From Amoebophrya sp. A120 (taxonomy: Eukaryota > Protista > Dinoflagellata): DNA of 64,000 nucleotides. This document shows, piece after piece, positions 32,593 to 45,230 of the stretch (position 1 is the first letter of the stretch; each line of letters opens with the position of its first letter). Position numbers and translations under genes: made by a program. The stretch is taken from positions 798,564-862,563 of the forward strand of contig CAJINV010000005.1 of NCBI GenBank assembly GCA_905178155.1, given 5' to 3'. Under the pieces are notes generated by a model that was given only the letters and a program-made list of their open reading frames with translations, was not told where the DNA came from and ran no database searches.

Positions 32593-35500
32593 TCACAACA
32601 ACTTTTTGTTGCCTTTCCTCTCCCACAGGAAACTGTTGCAAATGAATGTCCACCAGCAACTACTATCCTGTGTTCTCCTCACCCCCCGAGAATCAACGTG
32701 TGTGACTCGCTGGTCGACACCATCCGGACGTTGTGGGTCATCGTCGTGACCAAGGTCGGCGTGTACAGCACCCAGTCTTTTCCCTCGTCGTTGGGAAACC
32801 CGAGCTGCCCGTGCTGGTTGTTCCCGAAACACCACAGATGGCCGTGTCGGGTCACTAGAAACGTGTGGTTCGCGGCGGCGGCGGTCCAGCAGAAGTAGTT
32901 CCCGGGGTTCGGGACCCGTTTCGCGGTTCCTATGATTTGCAAAAGTGTCTGGGTCTGGAAGATTGCCAGACTTGTCATGGAGGTTTTCCATGACCCATGA
33001 GGTCTGGTATGTAGGACATAGCATGACAGATTCTGCGGGACCTTTCTAATACCTATCCTGCATGAGAAACTGCCTCTCGATTAGGTCAAAAGTGCGCAAC
33101 CTTTGGCAATCATTCAACACAGTTTTTTGCCTGATTCAGATCTAGCATGACAAGTTGCAATCATCCAGACCCAGACATTTTTGCAATCCATACTTCCGAG
33201 GAAGCCGCCAAACTCCTCGTTCAGGTTCATAAACGTCGGCCAAACGCTATTACGATGAAAAATGCCCCAACCCCGTAATTTGCAGAAGTTTGTCATGCAA
33301 AGTTTCCAAATGAAAGCTTTTTGTCTTGCACAAAAGGATTGCGAGCGTTTCTGATGCAGAATCTGGGTGCGCAAGGTGCCTTGTGCATAACAGATCCGGC
33401 TGCTGTTGGACTACTTCGCAACACAAATTTGACCTATTCAGCATGGAAAATTTGTGATGCTGAGATATGCAAGACGGGGAATGTTTCTGTTGGAAAGGTT
33501 TGCAATACAAATACTGCCAACCTGGGGGTGGGGGGGGCATTTTTCATTCTAATAAACCCGACCCGGGTCCTCCCGGCCCAAGCCCAACTGCCCGAACGCG
33601 TTGCTGCCCATCACCGCCACGCGCGGGTTGGCCCCCATGCGCAGGTTCTCGGTGATGATCACCGTGTGGTTGCTGCCACACGCGGTCATGACGTGCTTCT
33701 CCTCCGCGAGGCGGATCAGCTGTTGCGGGCGGTACTGGTCCGTGGACTTGCCGATTCCCAGTTGCCCGGCGGAGTTGCCGCCCCAGCCGTAGAATTTCCC
33801 GCTGTCGTCCAGGCCGATCACGTGCTCGTCGCCGCAGATAACCTGTTGTAGCGATTGGGTTATTTGTGATTAATTGTGTAGTACGGACAGGAAGCTTGAA
33901 AGTCAATAATTCTATCAGCTTGACGACATTCTTTCACGAACAATTCAGCACGCATTGATTCAGGATGTCGATGCAGGACATCAGGTACATCTACGTGCAC
34001 CTGAAATAAGAAGTGAATTGAAAGTTCATATTCATAGACACCTGTCGCCATCTAATTTTTTCCGGCAGCGCCATGGGCTGTGTGACGCTCCGCGGCAGCA
34101 TCTTCGAGCCTATCCTCATCAAATCTGTGTTTCGGAAATCCTTTGCGAACTGCGGGTTCTCCCCCAGACTCGGGTTCGCCGGCCCCCGTTTCCCGGGCGA
34201 CATGTTGTTTGCGCGCATGCCCTTCTGCAGCAGGGTTTGCGCGTCGAAATTTGTTTTGCGGGTCGCGTGCACGTGCGCCGTGTCGAGGGACATGTTTTCT
34301 ATCCCGAGCTTATTACAATGAAAAATGCCCCCACCCCCGAACTTGGGAGCATTTGTATTGCAAACCTTTCCAAATGAAACATTCGTCCTCTTGCATCTAT
34401 CAGCATCACAGGTTTCCAACCGTGAATAGCGAAAATTTGTATTGCAAAAGACCCCAGCAAGAGCGGCGCTTGTCATGCAAGCGATGCGATACACGTCAGA
34501 CTCTGCATCAGAATCAGAAAGATTCATACTCCTTTCATGCATGGCAAAAAGTTTTCATTTGGAAACTTCGCATCACAAATTTTTGCAATTTCAGGGGTGG
34601 GGGGCACTTTTCACTGTAATAGAGCTGCCCCCGGGAGTTGTCGCCGAAGACGTACAGCACCCCGTCGTCGTCGATCATGCAGGAGTATGGACTGCAAATA
34701 TGTCTGGGTCTGGAAGTAGAGTCATGCTGTTTTTGCATGACACGGTAGGTCTGGCATGGAAGCTCTAGCATCACAGGTTTCGAGAAGCTTCCGCAAAGCC
34801 GAATCCGCATGACAAATCCTCCACTTTGGTGACAGAGAGTGGGCAGCTTTTGCTACCTATGCATGAAAGATTTTTCTGTTTTCTGAAATGCGCATCACAA
34901 GTTTGTCTCCTTCCAGACCCAGACATATTTGCAATCAATAAGGAGAACCGGGCGCCCACCGCCACCTGCTTCATGGGGATCGTGCGGGTCATACGCAAAA
35001 GCACGGGCCGGGAATTTTGGTACACCGTGTGACTCCGGGAACCGTCCGGATTTCGGTTCCGCTCGTGGAATTTCGCCACGCCCTGGTGGTTGGGGTCAAT
35101 GGAGTCGAGCTCAAGCCCCAGGGCACCACAGGCGGAGGACCCGAACACGTAAACGCCACCTAGAAGAAGTAGTTTGGTGTTCAAAATTGAAAAATGAAAC
35201 TTGGGAGTTCAACTTCGGATCTGTTCTTTCTCCTCCATAAGAAAACAAAACTGAAAGTGAAACTCCGTAATTTTTTCAAAAAAAATTCTTATGAATATAC
35301 CATTGTTGCACAAGCAAAGGGTATGCGTCCCCGTTTTCGCGGTGGCGACTTGCACGACGTGCTCGTCTCTTGTCCCCCTCGACAGGTACGGCTCTGCCGT
35401 CCCGTGGATCTCACTCCGCAAGCCCAAACACAGCGCGCGGTTGGACCCGAAGGCCATCACGTTCCCACTTCCCGCCAGCAATGTGAAGGAGTGCGCGATC

Positions 35501-36012
35501 CCGGTCTGCAGTTGCACCACGTCCTTCCCGTGAAACCGCTCGATGTCCATGGGTCTCGTTTCCCCCCGGTACCGGAACTTGGTCCCCAGTTGCCCTTCAT
35601 TGCCATTCCCAAAACCGCGGACGACGCACTTCGCGCTGGGGACCTTCTCCTGCTCAATGCACTGGTAGCCTAATGTCATCATCCCCCTCCCGGCGTAGTT
35701 CGCGCGCCAGTCCCGCAATCTCGTGTCGGAATCCGCCAGTTGCGCGAGTTTCACCAGGTCCAGCTCCACGCCCTCGTCTTTCTTTTCACCTTCCTCTTTA
35801 TTGTGCTCGTCTCTCTCCGACTTGTTGTCACTGCTATGGTCGCTCAAATCGTCGCCGGAATGTTTTCTGCTCTTGCTGTCTGCGAGGCCGTGCTGCTCTT
35901 CTTGCGCGAGGGCGAAAATGTTGGACCACATCATCCCGTTGGATTCGAGAACGTCTACTCTCTCACCTGAGAGTTGAGTCATGTTTTTGCAATTTTTCAT
36001 GTTTATGATCAT
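32593..36012 (-). CDS. RCC1/BLIP-II repeat protein, multi-exon, carrying four introners
   Basis: Repeated GxNxxGQLG motifs (FGNGNEGQLG, WGGNSAGQLG, MGSNAFGQLG, FGNNQHGQLG). Excision of 34311-34621 rebuilds FGDNSRGQL|G. Gene ends are approximate. Confidence 0.88.
32931..33192. mobile_element. Introner-like TIR element, family A (262 bp)
   Basis: TIR tatg.(a)ttgcaaaa.tgtctgggtctgga; TSD gttcc/cttcc. Confidence 0.92.
33248..33554. mobile_element. Introner-like TIR element, family D (307 bp)
   Basis: TIR tatta..atgaaaaatgcccc..cccc; TSD aacgc/aaccc. Confidence 0.9.
34311..34621. mobile_element. Introner-like TIR element, family D (311 bp), inverted relative to the 33248 and 55065 copies
   Basis: TIR tattaca.tgaaaa.tgccccc.cccc; TSD gagct. 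Confidence 0.95.
34686..34940. mobile_element. Introner-like TIR element, family A (255 bp)
   Basis: TIR tat.ga.tgcaaatatgtctgggtctggaag; TSD aggag. Confidence 0.95.
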
Positions 36013-36116
36013 TCACTCGCTCTTGTACTCCTTCACAGAATTACTTATGTGATTTTTGATGCTGAGTAGAAAACAAGAACGAAACAACGAAAAAAACAGC
36101 TTCAACAAGAAACACT

Positions 36117-38894
36117 TCAACTGAACCAATCGGCGATCAGATGAATTTCGATACCATCATCCGCCGGGCCCTGGTCCAGCGACGTGCTGGTGTACTCCGT
36201 CGACGTGGGCCCCAGGTTGACGCTGTGCTGCCGGGACGCGGATCCGGAGCTGTCGTCGTGGGCCTTTTTCCCCCCTCCACCGGTTTCCACCGGGAGTTCC
36301 AGGTCCGCGTCTTTTGACACCTTCTTGATCGAGGCATATTTCGTCGACAGCGTCTTTTCGAATATTTCCTTCGCGATCGCGTTCCGCAGTTTCAACTTCT
36401 CTAGCGTTTTGATGTCGTCCTTGCTCGCCACCGTGTCGACGTTCCGGAGGATCCCGCGCGAGGTGGCGAGCACCAAGGGCGCGCGCGACAGCGTCCCGTC
36501 CCGCACCAACGCCTTCTTCGTGTTGGAATCGTGCACGAGTTTCCGCAGCCGTTGGAACACCCTTTCCTTGGCTGCAATATTCGCGTGTGCGGCGCACAGC
36601 ATGTACCGCTTCCCGTGCCCCGTCGCAGAGTCAACGGCCTCGCTCGCGCATGCGTACAGCGTGTCGCTGATCCACTGGATCACCTGCGCCTTGCAGTTCA
36701 GCTCGTGGGACGCCTTCTTCTTCTGCGCGGTGATCCCGCGCATCACCAGAGACCCGGCCAGCTTCCAGGCGGCGGTGGCGGAGGGCTTCGGATCCCAGAT
36801 TTTGTAGCCGGAGGACCGGGCGATTTGCGCGATGTTCGCCCCGTGGGTGATGACGCAGTCGAGCAGGAGGACTCCGTAGTCTTCCACCGCCACGTTGTTC
36901 GCGAAATCGACCAACAGCTCCTTCGCCGGGGTCCGCACGCACGACGGCTGGACGTAGTGGAGGTAGCGGGTGGCGAGCAGATAGTACTTCTTCTTGAAGA
37001 CCTTCCAGTAGCTCGACCGGAGCAGCGCGATGGCCATGAAAATGGAGATCGCCAGGACCAAGCGGAACCGGGGGAACCGGTTGTCCATGGCATCCACCCC
37101 GGCGTGCAGCACGATCACGTCGTAGATGAAGTAGATGCTCCCCAGGTAGAGAAACCGCGACGCCCAATCCGGGGGGGAACAGCCCCGGTCCCAGCAGGTC
37201 TTCGAAACGGTGAAGGGGTACATCAACCGGATCGCGCAGTACAGCGCGCAGTACCCCACCGCCTTCCACACCTCGCTCATCGGGTAGTCGCCGGACGCGG
37301 TCACGTCGCCGTCGGACATCTGTTGTTCCAGGTAGCTGTTCTTCGCCGATTCCTCCAACTGCGTCACCTTCTCGCTCATCGTGCCGATCGGCGTGCCCGC
37401 GACCAACCCGTACGCGGGGGGGAGAAAGCCGAACGCCAAGGTGTCGAACTCGAACTGCCACGACATGATCGCCAACAAAGGCATGGTGTAGACGAAATCG
37501 GTATCAAATGTAAAAGTGTCTGAGTCTGGAAGGTTGGAACTTGTGATGCTGTCTCTGGATTCGAAAAAAATTTGTATTGCATGACCAGTGAGAGGAGTAG
37601 ATTTTGTCCTCCGCGGAGATGGCATTTGTCATGCGGAGTAGGCATGAGGAAGCGCTCTAAAAATCTGTGATGCTAGGCCATGCATTACATGCATTATGGA
37701 TCATGCAAAATATGCATGACAAATCTTGCAATCTCCCAGACCCAGACATTTTTACATTTGATAATCGGTCAACACGTACAGCATCACCGTGCCCCCCGGC
37801 CCGGTTCCGTGCATCAGGTCGTCCATCAGCCCGCTGTCCCACAGCGCGTCCATCTGCCACAGGATGGGCTGCGGAAACTTGTCAAACCGGTGCTTCCGCG
37901 GAGCGACCGTGTCGAAACCGGACACGACGGTGGCGTTCCGGGGCAGAAACAAATCGTCCACCCGCTCCACCGTGGGGAATTTCACCTCCGGCTTCCCGCA
38001 GTAGGTCGCGATCCGGTGCTTCACCCACATGGCCTTGGCCACGATCATGAACCTGGCGAACCCGAAGAAGAACAAAGCGGTGGTGTAGTCCACCCCCGGG
38101 GCCTCGGACTTGGTCAAGGGTTCGCCGGAAAAGTAGTAGAAGAGCAACACGAAGATGGCCGCGTACTCCTTGACGAACCGGAAGTGGAATTCCTTTCTAT
38201 CTTCTGACACGTAGTAGCTGCCCACAATCCCGGCGGAAATGTGGTCCATCACCAGCGTGAGCATCAAGGCATCGGTGTACGTCAAGGTCTTCATCCCGTA
38301 CAACATCAAGAACTGGGCGAAGCCGCCGACCAATCCCATCACGGGGTAGTTGGTCAGCGGGTCGAAGGTCTGCTCCCCCCGCGTGTGCATCCGGACCTGC
38401 GCCAGCATGGACGCGACGCCGAGCCAGGTGGGGAGTAACAAGGCATACCCGGTGGCGAGGAAGTAGTTTTCGTACGCGAGAAAAGCGATGACGAAGGCCA
38501 GGATGAACAACCCCGCCATCGCCGCCCGGATCATGAGCTGCTGTATCCTCGGACACGGCATGGCGTCGGAAATGCAGTAGTACGCGTAGGCGAAGGGGAG
38601 GGCGTTGGCCAAGGTGCCGAGGAAGTAGAGGTTGTACACTTTGTGGAAGTAAACCAAGGATCTCAACGTCAAAAACTGCAACTGCTCGGAAGAAAGCAAC
38701 TGCCAGAAGCCGATGAAAAGCGATCGTTGCTCGTACTGGCTCATCACCGGCATGATCATGCGGTCCACCACGATCCATATCGTCTGCACGATGACGGACA
38801 GGAGGGAGGAGGCCGCCTGGCCCGCCCGCTGGATCTGACGGATCTGCTCGTCCATCAGGCCCTGCAGGGCGCCCTGGTTCAGCTGCCGGAACAT
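36117..38894 (-). CDS. Multi-pass membrane protein, possibly a transporter (~836 aa; exons 38894-37764, 37496-36117)
   Basis: Many hydrophobic helices. Element removal joins LYVLTD to FVYTMPLL in frame. Confidence 0.75.
37502..37763. mobile_element. Introner-like TIR element, family A (262 bp)
   Basis: TIR tatcaaatgtaaaa.tgtctg.gtctgg; TSD atcgg. Confidence 0.95.
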
Positions 38895-40238
38895 TTTTGT
38901 GTATTGGAATCAAACTTTGTAAAAGTACGACAAGATTATTCAAAAAGATGTGCAGAATGCAATGGTGAAAAACGTAAAGTTGGACATCACACCATACCAA
39001 AATTCATCATTAGAGTCGAATTCTAGGAAATGCAGAAGCTAGGGGGTGCAGGCGAATTATATCACTTGGAAAAATAAAAGTGCAGTGTGGAAAAGGAAAA
39101 GCTACAAGAGGTTGACTTCCTAAACGAAAAAAAAAGCGACTGCGACCGGAGTACGTACCTGGCATTTTTGCTGGCTCCTAGAACAGAATATCTTGACGAG
39201 TTCAAGCAAGTAGTTACCATTTTGATGCACAGGAAGAATCTCAGAAACAAACGCTCGAGAATGCGATTTTCATTTTTCGTTTTTCTTGCTCTCATTCGCT
39301 CGAAAATGCAATTCAAAAGCAACCACGACATCTCCGAAAGTTGATCATGCGGCAATCGAAAATACCTCTTTCTCTCCGACACTCGAAAATGCTCTCCTCT
39401 CTGTCTCGCCTCCACGGGCCGCCAAAATGAAAATAAACAATCAAGAACGCTGACATAGTCTATAACGTGCACAGACAAGGGGCCCCACCACAGTGGCGTA
39501 GTCGGCGGGTTCTCACGACAAAGCGATAGATTCAGAAGATAAAGTTTCACTCAATCGCATGTCAATCCTGCAGAAAGGGTTCATCCAACATCCACCTTTG
39601 GGTACAACGACACAAAAAATGGCGTACAAAAGGAAAAGCTCTACCGTTGCTAGCGACCGAAGATGATGATACTGATACTTCAGTTGTGACTACTAAAGCT
39701 TAGTAATTTTGTGCAAAATAGCTGCTCCTGAGGTACTATAAAAATTATGCCGCCCAATAGGTACATTTTTCACTCTGCCTTGTACTGCGACATTGAACAG
39801 AAAGAGTGAGACTTCTTGCCGTGGGAAGAAACAAATAGGAAACGAATGAGCAAAGTTGCATATAGAAGTGCGACCGTACTTTATATGCTTTTTAGGTACA
39901 TTGCGATGGAAAAGCAAAACGGAGGGATTAAGGTCGACAGTCATAAAGAACTAGAACAGAAAATTTGTACATGAGAAACAATAGATTCCGAAACTCGGTT
40001 AATTTTGAAACGCTTCGATTACTCCAAGCGGATGCTACTTTCAAAGAACCCTGGCGGTCCGTAGCGAGGATCGATGCGCGCCTTCCTTTGCATCAGCGGC
40101 GCAGAGCTGTACTCTGTACTCACGGTACCGATGTTCTCGAAGTGCTTCCGATCGGACTGATAGTCGCGCGCCCGCCGACCGCGCGCGATCTCTCGCTGCA
40201 GACTGACAGTTTTGATTTACGTTTATTTATTACGCATT

Positions 40239-43200
40239 TCAATAGTTGAAGCGGTCAGCACCAGGCTGGTACTGTTCGCGCCACGGAAGTGTCGCCGAGC
40301 CTCGCGGCTGCGCTGGGTTCTTGTAATTTGGATTAGGCTGCTGCCTTGGGGGCGGATCGTAGGCCAGGAGGCGGGCCTGCTGTTCCTGCTCTTGTTGCAG
40401 TTGCATCTGCTGAATCACCCGCGGGTCCGGGACGTACCCGGGGGTTTGTGAAAAATCCTCGCTCACCTCTCTCCAGTCTCTCGTGAAGTGGTCGTGCACC
40501 TGCCCCCGCTTGTCCGTGATTTTCACGTGGGTCCTTTTTCCCTCGAAATTCTGCCGGTCCACGTCCATCTTGCTTCCGTGCATGTGGTCGTGGGCTGCTG
40601 CGATTTCCACCATTCTTCTGCCACCGCCTGTGATAGATCCCCCCTCTTTTGCGAATCTTGTATCTTCGTCTCTGAGCATCATATCTCGACCCAAGTGGTC
40701 CTTGTACACGCTTGGATTGTCAACCTTTTTCAGTCCGTGGATGTGCTCCTTTTCCTCGAAATTCGACCAGTGCCAGTCGGGTGTGAGATGAAGATGCTTG
40801 TCGTCCTGGCTGGCTATACGCCTCCTGCGACCCGAAAATTCGATTCCTTGCAGCCTGATTGGTTAAATCGAAGAAGTTGTGAGAAGATGTTGTGATATGA
40901 AATTCGATGTTGTTTGCTTGTTTTTTCGCGGCTTTTTTCTACGCTCGTTCAGAAGTGAGAGCGACGCGGCCCATCCAATCTTTGTTTTTTCCCTGTGCCG
41001 CGCCGTTGACCTTCTTCCGTGAAGTAGTCCCACTTCTGCAAATTCATCAACGCACAGCTGCGGTGTCCCCGTCTTTTCGATCCCTATCAGGCTGGCTTCC
41101 ACATCTGCCGTGCGCGGCCGAGTCAGAATCGCAATCGCTCGAGACACAAGAAATTTAAAGAAAAAAACACTCTGATGCCTCCAAAACTAGCAGCTCGCAG
41201 TGGATGCAGCTCCACGTCACTCTTTCAACTCGTCCTCTATTATTTTCCTGACACTACAATTCGCATTACCGATATATAGACCGCGCATGTCTACGTCATT
41301 CACAAAAAAACATGGCAAGATGATTACCCTCCGTAGAAGTTTCTCGGCATGTGTCCGGCCGCGTCCGGGGCGCCTACAGCTTGCTCGGCCACGTCCTCTT
41401 CTTTCAACTCAAACGTGCCCCCGACGAAGTGGTCTTGCCTGACGTTGTCGAACAAGTGCTTGGTCCCGCGCTTCTCGAACTCGGGATCCTGGGCCCGTTG
41501 ACTCAACTGCCCGAACCGGGTACCATCTTGGACTGATTTTCTGGCCGCATACCGCTGGTTCAGCAGCTCGTTTTCGCTGTTTAAGTTCAGATCATGTAGT
41601 AGCATGTGTTGACAAGAATTGCAGCATACCATGCATGGCCATGTTCTCTCCTTGGCAAGCCAGCAGTAGCATCACAAAGAAGAACGACAAAGAATAAATC
41701 TAAATAAAAGTGTATACTTGAACGTGAGCGCCATGTTCATTCCCGTGGAGACCATGCTTGGGTTGTGCCTTTTCTTCACCTTCCCTTCGGGCAAGGGGTC
41801 CATGCGCGCTCGCAGCCCGAACATTCGCATTTCCACGTGGGACAACGCACACAAGGCTCGGGCCAGGTCGTCGGCCGTGGTGCCCTCGCGGGAGACCTGT
41901 GGTAGGTTTAGTACATTGCGATGATGCAGTGTCAAAAATCATTGTTCATGAGAAAGACGCAGCCAAACTAAATCGACGAACATGATCTCATGTTGCAAGA
42001 GCTGCAATTGCAAAGCAAAACAAGGAGAAAGCTATAATTTTTCAAAATTCTAGTTTACCGTGTTCCCAAACATATCCACGGCCGAAATCTCCCACTTCGA
42101 GCCCTTCTCCTCGATTAAGGTCCGGCCCCACATCTGCGGGTCGCCGATGCTCAGGTACCCTGCGTCCGCGATTTCCTCTTCGATCTGCGAGCGCAGCTGC
42201 GCGGCAGACAGCGGTTTATCTTTTTTTATGCGTTCGGTCAAAATGTAGCCCTCGGGCAGGGGGAAGGATAACGAGTATCCGCGTGAAAAACACTCCCGGT
42301 CTCGCGTCGAGTAGGAAGCGCCCGCCGGGCGCGAGTCGGTGGATTGTTTCGAAAGGAACTCGGGCATGGGCGCTGCTATCGGTCGAGTGATCGACGTTTG
42401 GAGCTCGGGCTCCTTTGGCTTTTTGAAGATTCCCATTTTGGGCAAGGGCGGCCGCGGGAAAACGACAAATGTACGCAGTGAGGTTTGCTGCTCTACTAGG
42501 GCGGGGGAGGGTAGATCAAAGCCAAATGTTTAATTTTATGGGGTCTGATAATTGTGCTGCCGGTGATCTGACGAAAGATGAAAAACGCTGCTAGCAGGAA
42601 AGGAAATGCGTTGTTGCTTCAGCACCAAAGTGCGCACGGACGGCCTAGCACGACTAAGTGGACGAGCGAGGGCAACCGAGAAGTATTTCATGTAGTACGA
42701 CTACGCAGCCAACAGAGAGCTACTTTGGAACGAACGAGAAACAACCGATGAAACTCTGGCTCTATCAAATCCAAGCACGCAGTATTAGAAATGCAAATGC
42801 TTGTACGAACCGAATTCATCATTGTTGACGCAGCCAAACTAGACCGAGAAAATTACTTACTCATCGAATTATGTTCATCTTCATCGAGGCTACCAACTAC
42901 AACGCCACTTTTATATTTCGAGAGCAAAGACGCCACAAATAATACCGAGTGGCGCGTCCCTAAACGCGGTTGCCAAGGGACTGAAGACTTGCTTGATGTG
43001 GTCTTCGGACTCGATATGCGCGCGACCAACTGGTTTGTTCAAAACTTCCACTACTTGTCCGGGGCCAAAGTGCACGCCCGCCTTACACCCAGGCTCGTCA
43101 ACAGCTTTCCTCCCGGTGAGCTTGGGGCTGAAGGTACCTGTTGAAAGACGGTGAAAGTTACAACGCTGTATCAAAACGAAAAGCCAAATGGAGATTGATC

Positions 43201-45230
43201 AGGTTCACGCGCCCCTGCCGCTGCTTTCGAAAAAGTCGTATTCATACCATCCGGATCCGGAAAAACGCCTCCTTCCTGTGACACCACCATGATGTGTTTT
43301 CTTCCGTGTGTTTTCTCCTGCAGCGACCGGCTGGACGGGCTGAGATCCTGGCCTAACTGGTCGACGGCGTGGACCTTGTGCGATTTGCCAGTGATAACCT
43401 CGTCGTCACGGAAGACCATGCCGTCGTAGTGGTCTTCTTCGTGGTCCACTCGGTGCTTCCCATGACCGATGAAACGGGGAAGACCTTTTGGTTTTTTTTT
43501 TGTGCTCCGCTTGTAGTGCAAGCAGTTGTACCAACAGTTTCTTCACATGCTTATTTTTCTTAGATTTTTCTATTATGAAAAAAAAAGTAGCCACATCGCT
43601 CCTCCATACCCGTATCGTCCACCAGGGAATCCTTTCCTATCGACCCATGCATGTGCTGCGACTGCCGGATCCCCAGCCCAGAATGCGCGTCGTAGTGGTC
43701 GTGCATCCCCTCCACTTTTTTCTTCCCTCGCACGGAATCGTGCGCCTCTTTCTCCGTTTCCTTGAAGGTCATCGTGCCGTTTTGGAAATGTGACCTGGCG
43801 CTGTTCATCTCGTCCCGGATTCCGTAGCCGTGTCGCTTTCCGTGCCCCACGTTCGCGTCGTAGCCAACCTCGTCACCCGGGTACACCATCTTTCCCTTGT
43901 AGTGGTCGTAGTAGGGTTGCTGCAGCCGCTCCACGCCCGCTTGGATGTGGTCGAACCCGCCGACGGGCAGGTGCATGTCCGGGTCGTATTTTGCCTTCCC
44001 CGCGGTCAGCATTTTCCGCGCCTCGGGCTGCTCCCGCACCACCTGCATGCCGCTGCCCCCGAGGTGGTGCTTGGGGGAGTGCTCCCCCGTACCGCGATGA
44101 AAAGCGCCCTCCTGCGGATCCTCGTATTCGTACCGGTTTTCCTGGTGCAAGTGGTGCGGTAGCCGGAGGTTTCCCGCGGCGGTTTCCGATTTCTTCGCCG
44201 GCTTGTACGGGGGACGGATGGAGTTCTGGTAGATTTCCTTCCCGTGCGCAAGCGTCCACTCGTCGTGCCGGACAATGTTCTTCGCAGTGCCATCTGGGTC
44301 GTAGTCCTGGTGACGAGCAGATGAGAGATGTGTTGAATGCGATAAAGTACTTAAAAGTAGTAAACGCGTACTATCATGTTAAATGGGCCTTTGTAGTATT
44401 GACCTTGTTTATTCCGATTTTTATTTCATAGGCACAAAACCCCTAAAAAGGAAGTACCCGCTCCTTCGTCCTCGGGCTTTTTGGCTCGTCCCGGTGCGGC
44501 CTGACGCCCATCCCGACTCCGACCAAGTGGTCCCTCCTCGCGTAGTCCACCCGATGCGGGAATCTGGACACAAACTCCTGGTCATCCACCTCCGCCCCCT
44601 CAGTTCTGGCCACGCCCGCGGTCTCGCCAATTTGGTGGTCGTGGTGGTGCTCCTCCTGCGCGGAGCGGTGGATCCGATCCGGATCGACTTCATGGTCCAC
44701 CTCGTACCCCTCGTTTTCCGCAATGGACCCGTAGGTGCCGCGTAAGTGATCGTGCTGATGGATGTCGTAGTCCTCCTTCGTCACGTTCGTGTGCCGCGCT
44801 ACGTGGTCAACCCCGTACGCCTCGTTTTGGGCGACACCGGCCGTCGTCCCATGCATGTGATCGTGCTGGTAAAGTTCCCGGTCGAACCGATGCATATCGT
44901 GCGCACGGTTGAACGGAGAGTCCTTGCGCGCCTCCGCACGGATATACTGCGTTAGTGTTTTTTGGAATATTTGATACATGACAAGCTGGCAAAGGTGTTG
45001 GTCTAACTGACTATCGCATCATTAAAACGACTTTACTCTATGACTCCTCTTACCCTGGGATCATCCGGCGTGATTGCGTCCTGGCCCAGTGTGAATTCAT
45101 CCGCGAATCGGGCAGAAGTCCTCGTGAAGTGCGGTCTCTCCTCTTCTTCCGGGTAGAAAAAGTTCGTCCTTCGGCCTCGAGGCGCGGTGTCCGGCCGCTT
45201 CGCCGGACTGTTGTTCCAGAAGTAGGCCAT
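40239..45230 (-). CDS. Multi-exon gene or genes encoding His/Gly-rich repeat protein
   Basis: GC3-rich exons (about 45040-45230, 44450-44945, 43570-44310, 43180-43485, 42050-42440, 41715-41900, 41330-41590, 40239-40830) with recurring (H/Q)DH(M/L/F)xG motifs. Gene number is unresolved. Confidence 0.55.

Noticed and set aside
3242-37763. Repeated ~30-bp sequences as a possible CRISPR array
   Set aside because: The repeats are inverted pairs dispersed in eukaryotic genes. There is no direct repeat-spacer periodicity and no cas gene.
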